A stretch of DNA of 64,000 nucleotides from an uncultured Jannaschia sp. (GTDB lineage: Bacteria > Pseudomonadota > Alphaproteobacteria > Rhodobacterales > Rhodobacteraceae): contig CANLTZ010000018.1 of assembly GCA_947494145.1 (NCBI GenBank), positions 28,849-92,848 on the forward strand, read 5' to 3'. Below are positions 57,405-64,000 of the stretch, in pieces (the stretch's first letter is position 1; each line of letters opens with the position of its first letter). The position numbers were made by a program, and so were the translations under genes. A model generated the notes under the pieces. That model had not been told where the DNA came from, searched no databases, and saw only the letters and a program-made list of their open reading frames with translations.

Positions 57405-57815
57405 ATGAAGAAGGAGCGCCTCAATGTGTATTTCGACCCGTCACTCAGTGCCGAACTCGACGTGCTCGCGGCACGGCGGAAGGTCTCCAAGTCGCAGATC
57501 GTGGAGGCGGCGCTCGCATCGTTCCTTTCGCCCGATGGAGCCGATCAACGCGAGGCGGCTATTGTCCGGCGGTTGGATCGGCTGACCCGGGCGGTCGAGC
57601 GCCTTGAGAGGGACCAGTCAATCGGCAACGAAGCCGTCGCACTGTTCGTGAAGTTCTGGCTCACCACAACGCCGCCATTGCCGGACGACATGCGCGAGGC
57701 GGCGCAGGCGTCAGGCAAAGAGCGATATGGCGGGTTCCTAGAGACGCTGGGGCGGCGGCTGGCGAAGGGGCGCACGCTGACGAAGGAGGTTTCAGAGGAC
57801 CGCACGCCACGTTGA
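57405..57815 (+). CDS. CopG/ribbon-helix-helix protein
   Basis: RLNVYFDP...SKSQIVEAALASFLSPD; typical position after traG. Confidence 0.8.
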   Translation: MKKERLNVYFDPSLSAELDVLAARRKVSKSQIVEAALASFLSPDGADQREAAIVRRLDRLTRAVERLERDQSIGNEAVALFVKFWLTTTPPLPDDMREAAQASGKERYGGFLETLGRRLAKGRTLTKEVSEDRTPR

Positions 57816-57983
57816 AAAGAATAAGTAATTCAGACTTTCGAGCACCAAGGCACTCAGCCGAACAGACCCCTCGAGCAAGATTATGTAAGGCGCGGCGACG
57901 GGTTTGTGCTATCAAGAACCAGTCTATTTGAAAGCCTTTCTGGGAACTGAAGGGGTCGCGAGAGCAGAACGGCGGGAGCGCAT

Positions 57984-58865
57984 ATGGCAACACAAGCGAG
58001 CTTCGCCGACTGGTACAAGCAGGCTTATGCCGGTTTCCCGCAGGAGCATCGCGGCGCCGGAGCGTCTGGGCTGAAGATGTTATTCGTTGAGCAGGAAAGC
58101 CACGAGAGCGTCGATGAAATGGGCGATTTTCACTGTATCGCTCTGGTGACGCGCTATGATGGCCCGCCTAGTCTCTGGGATTTTGGCGATGGTAAGCGGC
58201 GCGCGGACTTCACTCCAAACACCCTGTCAATCCAGCCCGCCCAAAGCGCTCCCCGCATGGCCATTGAAGGGAGACATGATATCCTCGGAATCACCTTCGC
58301 AAATGATGCGATGGAGAGGTTCCTCGGTGAAGCGACACCCGGATCTGGGATTTTTGATGCGTTAACTAGAGACGTGATTTTCCGCGACCGGGAAACCCGC
58401 CATCTGATACTTTCACTCTGGGACACGGCTGCGAAAGACGGGCCCATGGCAGGCATCAAGACTGATAGTCTGTTTCAGCTTCTTTTAATCCGTCTGATTG
58501 AGCTATCCGGGGAAGCGGTAGACGAGAGCACCGCAGGTCTATCTCAGGAGCAGATCGCCAAGGCTTGCGCCCTGATAGAGGACCGGCTCAGCGAAGGCTT
58601 AAGTTTGCCCGAAATCGCTGGCGAAGTCGGTGTTTCTCCCTTTCACTTCGCTCGGCAATTCAAGGCGAAGACCGGCGATACGCCCCATGGCTACGTAATG
58701 GAACGCCGCCTAGCGCGGGCAAAGGATGCGCTGCAGCATAGCCGCGATCCGATCGCCGATATCGCGTATGCCTGCGGTTTTTCCAGCCAACAGCATATGA
58801 CAACGGCTTTCTCGAAGAATCTTGGCGTGACGCCGGCACGCTATCGGCGCGAGGTCAAAGCATGA
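57984..58865 (+). CDS. AraC-family regulator, tandem copy 1
   Basis: SPFHFARQFK and GFSSQQHMTTAF double HTH; N-terminal FADWYKQAY motif. Confidence 0.9.
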   Translation: MATQASFADWYKQAYAGFPQEHRGAGASGLKMLFVEQESHESVDEMGDFHCIALVTRYDGPPSLWDFGDGKRRADFTPNTLSIQPAQSAPRMAIEGRHDILGITFANDAMERFLGEATPGSGIFDALTRDVIFRDRETRHLILSLWDTAAKDGPMAGIKTDSLFQLLLIRLIELSGEAVDESTAGLSQEQIAKACALIEDRLSEGLSLPEIAGEVGVSPFHFARQFKAKTGDTPHGYVMERRLARAKDALQHSRDPIADIAYACGFSSQQHMTTAFSKNLGVTPARYRREVKA

Positions 58866-59743
58866 CCACACGAGCGAGTTTCGCCGACTGGTACAAGCAG
58901 GCCTATGCCGGTTTCCCGCAGGAGCATCGCGCCGCGGGGGCGTCCGGGCTTCAGATGTTCTTTGTCGAGCAGGACAGCCACGACAGTATCGATGAGATGG
59001 GCGATCATCACCTCCTTGGTCTGGTCGCCTCAGCAGAGGCGGATCGATCATTCTGGGATTTTGGTGACGGAAAGAAAGAAGTCGCCAACAGCGCTAGCGC
59101 ACTGGTGGTCCAGCCAGCGCAAAGCGCTCCACGTATGATGGTTGACGGCAGACATGATGTCCTCGTCATGACTTTTCCCGATGCCGTCCTGGGCAGATTT
59201 CTGGGTGAAATGACGCCAAAGGCAGGGGTTTTTGATGCGTTGACGGATTACGTTCTTTTTCGCGACCGCGAAACTCGGCATTTCATGCTGTCGCTTTGGG
59301 ACACGGCTGCGAAAGACGGGCCCATGGCAGGCATCAAGATCGATAGCCTGTTTCAGCTCCTGATTGTCCGGCTAATCGAGCTGTCCGGGCAAGCGTTGAC
59401 GAGGAGTACCGCGGGACTATCCCAAGAGCAGATCGCCAAGGCCTGCGCTCTGATCGAAGACCGGCTCGGCGAAGGGTTGAGCCTGCCTGAGATCGCTGGT
59501 GAAGTCGGCGTGTCTCCCTTTCACTTCGCTCGGCAATTCAAGGCGAAGACCGGCGATACGCCCCATGGCTACGTCATGGAACGCCGCCTGGCGCGGGCAA
59601 AGAATGCGCTGCAGCATAGCCGCGATCCGATCGCCGATATCGCGTATGCCTGCGGTTTTTCCAGCCAGCAGCATATGACAACAGCTTTCTCAAAGCATCT
59701 TAGGGTGACGCCGGCACGTTATAGAAAAATGGCGACGGCGTGA
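58862..59743 (+). CDS. AraC-family regulator, tandem copy 2 (recent paralog of copy 1)
   Basis: Only 4 differences from copy 1 over the 107-aa STAGL..ARYR segment; ATGA overlap. Confidence 0.9.
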   Translation: MTTRASFADWYKQAYAGFPQEHRAAGASGLQMFFVEQDSHDSIDEMGDHHLLGLVASAEADRSFWDFGDGKKEVANSASALVVQPAQSAPRMMVDGRHDVLVMTFPDAVLGRFLGEMTPKAGVFDALTDYVLFRDRETRHFMLSLWDTAAKDGPMAGIKIDSLFQLLIVRLIELSGQALTRSTAGLSQEQIAKACALIEDRLGEGLSLPEIAGEVGVSPFHFARQFKAKTGDTPHGYVMERRLARAKNALQHSRDPIADIAYACGFSSQQHMTTAFSKHLRVTPARYRKMATA

Positions 59744-60627
59744 CCGCGCAGCCGGCAACCCAATTCGCCGCTTGGTACAAGGAAGCCTATGGCCGCTTCG
59801 CGCCGGAAGTCGCGACGCCCGGGCACTTGCCTTTCGATGTGTTTCATGTCCGACAGGACTCGCATGGCGAGACCGACGAGATGAGCGATGTACTCTGCAT
59901 TGGTCTCGTCAAAGCGCCGATATCGACTCATGTAAAACTCGATATGGGCCATGGCTGGGTGTCAGGGCGCATTTCGAAACCCGGATTGAGCTTCCAGCCA
60001 TCCCATTCCAACGTGGCTTTCGATATCGATGGCCGTCATGACTTAACTATCGTCAGTTGTTCCGAACGTGTCGTTGCCTCGGTTTTCGGAGACGACGCGC
60101 CGCCGCTTTCAAACCTCGATGTGCTGACCCGCGACGTGACCTTCGGCGATACCGAACTGCAGGATGGTATCGCGGCCCTCTGGCGCACGGTGACACGGGG
60201 CGGACCGACGCAAGCGCTGAGGGCTGACGCCCTCTTTCAGATCATACTGGTCAGACTGTTTCAATGTGCCGATGGGCTGCGTCCCGGCAGCGCTCACGTG
60301 CTTTCCGATGCAACGCTCAGCCGTGTGGTCTCGCTAATGCATGCGGGCATGACCGATGGCGTCACGATAGGCAAATTGGCGGCCGAAGCGGACCTACCGC
60401 CTTGGCAATTCACGCGCAGCTTCGAGGCGACGACAGGTCGGACCGTGGATGCGTTTCTTGCCGAGAAGCGGCTTGATCAGGCCAGTCGCATGCTGGCCGA
60501 TACCAATGCGCCAATCCCCATGGTGGTTCGGGTTTGCGGCTTTTCCAGTGAGCAGCACCTGGCGGTCACTTTCGCCCAGACACTTGGCGTTAGCCCGGAA
60601 CGCTATCGCCAGGAGAAACGCGCGTAG
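59740..60627 (+). CDS. AraC-family regulator, tandem copy 3 (divergent)
   Basis: FAAWYKEAY N-terminal motif, GFSSEQHL HTH2; GTGA overlap. Confidence 0.85.
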   Translation: MTAQPATQFAAWYKEAYGRFAPEVATPGHLPFDVFHVRQDSHGETDEMSDVLCIGLVKAPISTHVKLDMGHGWVSGRISKPGLSFQPSHSNVAFDIDGRHDLTIVSCSERVVASVFGDDAPPLSNLDVLTRDVTFGDTELQDGIAALWRTVTRGGPTQALRADALFQIILVRLFQCADGLRPGSAHVLSDATLSRVVSLMHAGMTDGVTIGKLAAEADLPPWQFTRSFEATTGRTVDAFLAEKRLDQASRMLADTNAPIPMVVRVCGFSSEQHLAVTFAQTLGVSPERYRQEKRA

Positions 60628-60730
60628 CGAATGCGTCGATGCTCGAAGTATTCGAGCTTTACTACGAGGGACGGGGGAGCAGCGGATAGCGGGCGCTCAC
60701 TTAAGCAACACCACCAATCGGAGACCCATC

Positions 60731-61396
60731 TTATCTCAGTGGCAGGTCCACCTGCCAGGCCATGCCGCGGTCGCGCTCCAACAATTTCATGCGCCCGCAT
60801 GCGTCCGCCGTAAACTCGCGCATGAGCCCCATCCCGCGATCCCGTGCGCTTGGCGGAATACCGGGATACCCCTTGCCATTATCCGCGACGGTCAATCTGA
60901 TCGTACCTGGTGGCAGCTCTGTTACGGACACCTTTATTTCGCCAGCTTCGTGCTCATCAAACCCATGCCTGAGGGCATTGGTGATCAGTTCGCACAGAAT
61001 GAGGCCGATGGTCTGAGCCTGAGCAACCGGCAACTCGTCCGTGTCACCGATCACGAGATCGATGTCGGGACTGTCATGGATCGTCTTCAGATGCGCGCCC
61101 AGGGACCCGATGAAGTCCCGGGTCGCGTCGGACTGTGGCGTTTCACTGTACAGCAGGCGCTGCACGAAGGCGATTGCTGCGACGCTGCGCTGAACCATCC
61201 GAAGGGCTGCGAGCGCCGTTTGCTGATCCGCGCCGTTCAGGATTTCGCGCTCAGAGCGCCGGGCGAGACAGGCGACCGTCTGCAGGCTGGATCCGATCCG
61301 GTGACTGAACTCGCGAAAACATGGGTTGTCCGTCTCATCGACGGCCAAGGTTCTGACCCCGAGCGGGCTTCGGATTTTGATATCCCCGTGCATCAT
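60731..61396 (-). CDS. Sensor-less HisKA_2/HATPase histidine kinase
   Basis: H-box EFSHRIGSSLQ, N-box ELITNALRHG, G1 DNGKG, G2 GMGL; 221 aa. Confidence 0.75.
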   Translation of the reverse strand: MMHGDIKIRSPLGVRTLAVDETDNPCFREFSHRIGSSLQTVACLARRSEREILNGADQQTALAALRMVQRSVAAIAFVQRLLYSETPQSDATRDFIGSLGAHLKTIHDSPDIDLVIGDTDELPVAQAQTIGLILCELITNALRHGFDEHEAGEIKVSVTELPPGTIRLTVADNGKGYPGIPPSARDRGMGLMREFTADACGRMKLLERDRGMAWQVDLPLR

Positions 61397-61735
61397 CCTG
61401 TGAGTGGTATCACGCTGCGCTTCTCACTCTTCCAAACAGGCCAGTTTTTACATCTGCTTGCTTCTCTGTGGGGTGCATCGCGTTCCGTCGCTGACGGCGA
61501 AACCGCTTCAAATTCCCTAATTCCGTATCTCAATTATCCCTTGTCCAAGTAGGAAGCGCCTTCAATAGAAGGTTGCCTTTTGTAGATGACGGTCTCTGAG
61601 CATGTGGCGACTGATGTAGCTCTGGCGCATTTCCCTGCCGCTCTACGACGCCCCACTACTACGCCCCAAAACCTGTTGCTGATCGTCCAATAACGGTCTT
61701 CTTGATCGACCCCGTAACCAGATGCGGGGCCGCGA

Positions 61736-62719
61736 ATGACCGTCCACACTCTCAAATCAGCAGCGATCGAGCGCGGTTCCCGCATGCTCCGCACGGCGCT
61801 TGGGGCCGATATCGCGACCTGGCTCGACGAGGACGCCGTCGTCGAAGTCATGCTCAATCCATGCGGACGCCTCTGGGTCGACCGGATCGGCGAGGGTCTC
61901 TGCGATACAGGCGCCACGCTTACCGCCGACGATGGCGAGCGGATCGTTCGACTCGTCGCCCATCATGTCGGCGCCGAAGTCCATGCGGATGCGCCACGAG
62001 TATCCGCCGAGCTACCCGGAACCGGCGAGCGCTTCGAGGGACTGCTACCTCCAGTCGTCGCCGCGCCCACTTTTGCGATCCGCAAGCCCGCCGTCGCCGT
62101 TTTCACGCTCGACGATTATGTCCGCGCTGGCATCTTGGATGAGATCGCCGCCGACGCACTCCGCGAAGCGATTGCGTCCCGCGCCAACATCCTCGTCGCC
62201 GGCGGCACATCGACGGGAAAAACCACGCTCACCAACGCACTGCTCGCCGAAGTGGCCAAGACTTCCGACCGCGTGGTGCTGATTGAGGACACGCGCGAGC
62301 TGCAATGCCTGACGCCCAATCTGGTCGCGCTCCGCACCAAGGATGGCGTCGCAACCCTGTCTGATCTCGTCCGCTCGTCGCTCCGCCTGCGTCCGGATCG
62401 CATTCCCATCGGTGAGGTGCGCGGGCCCGAGGCGCTCGATCTCCTCAAAGCCTGGGGCACCGGCCACCCGGGCGGCATCGGGACGATCCATGCGGGTTCG
62501 GCAATCGGGGCACTGCGCCGTCTCGAACAGCTCATCCAAGAGGCCGTCGTCACCGTCCCGCGCGCCCTGATCGCAGACACAATCGATGTTCTCGCGGTCC
62601 TCAAGGGCCGCGGTGCCGACCGCCGCCTTGCAGACCTCGCTCGCGTCACCGGTCTCACCGCCGAGGGCGACTATGCGCTCAAATCCCTTCTCACCAACCC
62701 GAAAGGAAACGCCCCATGA
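61736..62719 (+). CDS. trbB: P-type conjugative transfer ATPase TrbB
   Basis: [35 protein letters not shown]. Confidence 0.95.
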   Translation: MTVHTLKSAAIERGSRMLRTALGADIATWLDEDAVVEVMLNPCGRLWVDRIGEGLCDTGATLTADDGERIVRLVAHHVGAEVHADAPRVSAELPGTGERFEGLLPPVVAAPTFAIRKPAVAVFTLDDYVRAGILDEIAADALREAIASRANILVAGGTSTGKTTLTNALLAEVAKTSDRVVLIEDTRELQCLTPNLVALRTKDGVATLSDLVRSSLRLRPDRIPIGEVRGPEALDLLKAWGTGHPGGIGTIHAGSAIGALRRLEQLIQEAVVTVPRALIADTIDVLAVLKGRGADRRLADLARVTGLTAEGDYALKSLLTNPKGNAP

Positions 62720-63048
62720 CCCGAACCCTCCGACTGTACCCGCGCTTGCCGATTTACGCGTCGGCGCTCGCAATCGGCTTCCTGCTCGTCGCAGGTCAGG
62801 CCGAGGCTGCCGGGTCCGGCATGCCGTGGGAAGCGCCGCTTCAGGCGATCCTCGAATCCATCGAAGGCCCAGTCGCCAAGATCGTCGCGGTGATGATCAT
62901 CATCATCACCGGTCTGACGCTCGCCTTCGGCGACACGTCAGGCGGCGCGCGGCGGCTTGTGCAGATCGTGTTCGGCCTCTCGATCGCGTTCGCGGCCTCA
63001 AGCTTCTTTCTCAGCTTCTTCTCCTTCGGCGGCGGCGCTCTGGTATGA
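62716..63048 (+). CDS. trbC: TrbC/VirB2 pilin
   Basis: AGSGMPWE.PL..IL.SIEGPVAK, AFGDTSGG.RRL.QIVFGLSIAFAASSF. Confidence 0.92.
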   Translation: MTRTLRLYPRLPIYASALAIGFLLVAGQAEAAGSGMPWEAPLQAILESIEGPVAKIVAVMIIIITGLTLAFGDTSGGARRLVQIVFGLSIAFAASSFFLSFFSFGGGALV

Positions 63049-63314
63049 GTGATCCGACCGATATCCCTGGCTTCACCGCGCCCGTGCATCGCGCACTTAC
63101 CGAGCCGATCTTGCTTGGGGGCGCGCCGCGCACCATCGCCATCGCAAACGGGACGATTGCCGCCGCCGTCGGCCTTGGGCTGCGCCTTTGGCTTGTCGGC
63201 CTCGTCCTCTGGGCTGTGGGACATCTGCTCGCGGTCTATGCGGCCAAGCATGACGCGCAGATCGCCGATGTCGCGCGGCGTCACCTCCGCTATCCGACCT
63301 GGATGGGGGTGTGA
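63045..63314 (+). CDS. trbD: TrbD/VirB3
   Basis: PVHRALTEPILLGGAPR.IAIANGT; ATGA overlap with trbC. Confidence 0.9.
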   Translation: MSDPTDIPGFTAPVHRALTEPILLGGAPRTIAIANGTIAAAVGLGLRLWLVGLVLWAVGHLLAVYAAKHDAQIADVARRHLRYPTWMGV

Positions 63315-63318
63315 CCCG

Positions 63319-64000
63319 ATGATGCGCCTCGCCGAATACCGTTCCAAAGCCGCTCTGCTGTCGGATTTTCTGCCCTGGGCGGCGCTGATTGCTGACGGCG
63401 TCATCCTCAACAAGGATGGCAGCTTCCAGCGGACGGCGACCTTTCGGGGACCAGATCTAGATTCCGCGACGCCATCAGAATTGGTCTCGACCGCGGCCCG
63501 CCTCAACAGCGCGCTGCGACGCTTGGGGTCGGGCTGGGCCGTGTTCGTCGAAGCGCAGCGCATCCCGGCGCGCGAGTATCCGCTGTCGGAATTTCCAGAT
63601 CCGGTGTCTGCGCTGGTCGATGCCGAACGGCGCGCGCAATTCGAGGAAGCCTCCTCGCATTATGAGAGCAGCTATTTCCTGACCCTGACCTGGATGCCGC
63701 CAGCGGACGATACGAGCCGAGCGAGCGGATGGCTTTTCGAGGATGCGCCGAGCAAGGGCGCGAACCCGCGCGAACATGTGGCAGCCTTCCGGTCCCGCAG
63801 CGATCGGCTGCTCGACCTCTTCGAAGGTTTCATGCCGGAAGCTGCCTGGCTGTCCGACGGAGAAACACTGACCTATCTGCATTCGACCGTCTCTACGCGA
63901 CGGCAAGCCGTCCGCGTGCCCGAGACGCCGATGCATCTCGACGCCTATCTCACAGACGAGCCGCTGATCGGAGGTCTCGCTCCGCGGCTGGGCAATGCGC
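63319..64000 (+). CDS. trbE: TrbE/VirB4 ATPase, 3'-truncated by the window edge
   Basis: MMRLAEYR...DFLPWAAL..DGVILNKDGSFQRTA.FRGPDLDSA; absent from the ORF track because no stop lies in the window. Confidence 0.92.
   Translation, partial: MMRLAEYRSKAALLSDFLPWAALIADGVILNKDGSFQRTATFRGPDLDSATPSELVSTAARLNSALRRLGSGWAVFVEAQRIPAREYPLSEFPDPVSALVDAERRAQFEEASSHYESSYFLTLTWMPPADDTSRASGWLFEDAPSKGANPREHVAAFRSRSDRLLDLFEGFMPEAAWLSDGETLTYLHSTVSTRRQAVRVPETPMHLDAYLTDEPLIGGLAPRLGNA

Larger units (their letters stand above)
31582..64000. mobile_element. Integrative conjugative element (Tn4371/ICEMlSym-like) at tRNA-Ser; distal end outside the window
   Basis: Recombinase abutting the tRNA 3' end; DUF932/ParB/toprim/DUF736 backbone; RdfS-TraF-relaxase-VirD4-TrbBCDE. 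Confidence 0.9.

Noticed and set aside
61641-61668. Short tandem CTACGACGCCCCA/CTACTACGCCCCA repeat before trbB
   Set aside because: Only two imperfect units; no supporting context

Overview
GC-rich alphaproteobacterial DNA; gene content suggests a marine Rhodobacteraceae/Roseobacter-type organism (inference). Bases 1-31.5 kb are host chromosome: a DHPS/sulfolactate catabolic cluster (hpsN-hpsO-hpsP-suyA-suyB-comC-like), oxidative uronate/aldarate genes, a LacI-controlled sorbitol/mannitol operon (smoEFGK-smoS-mtlK), an orphan cheD, opgC-opgG-opgH, and a LysR-linked operon of 3-sulfinopropionyl-CoA desulfinase-like ACAD + TPP enzyme + class III CoA-transferase. From tRNA-Ser(GGA) at 31492-31581 to the window end lies an integrative conjugative element of the Tn4371/ICEMlSym type, which continues past 64000. 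It carries a large serine recombinase coupled to a HigBA toxin-antitoxin pair, an ABC-three-component/Lamassu-like defence operon, leading-region-type genes (DUF932, ParB, toprim, DUF2493, DUF736) with structured leaders, a QseC/QseM/frameshifted-FseA/RdfS transfer switch, relaxase, VirD4 and trbB-trbE, plus cargo made mostly of regulators (LysR, four AraC, a sensor-less HisKA_2 kinase). Best leads: the desulfinase-TPP-CoA-transferase operon, the tandem AraC array with near-identical DNA-binding but diverged sensor domains, the integrase ORF reading through the tRNA into a host gene, and the Lamassu-like variant. All family calls come from motif recognition by eye; no database search was run.
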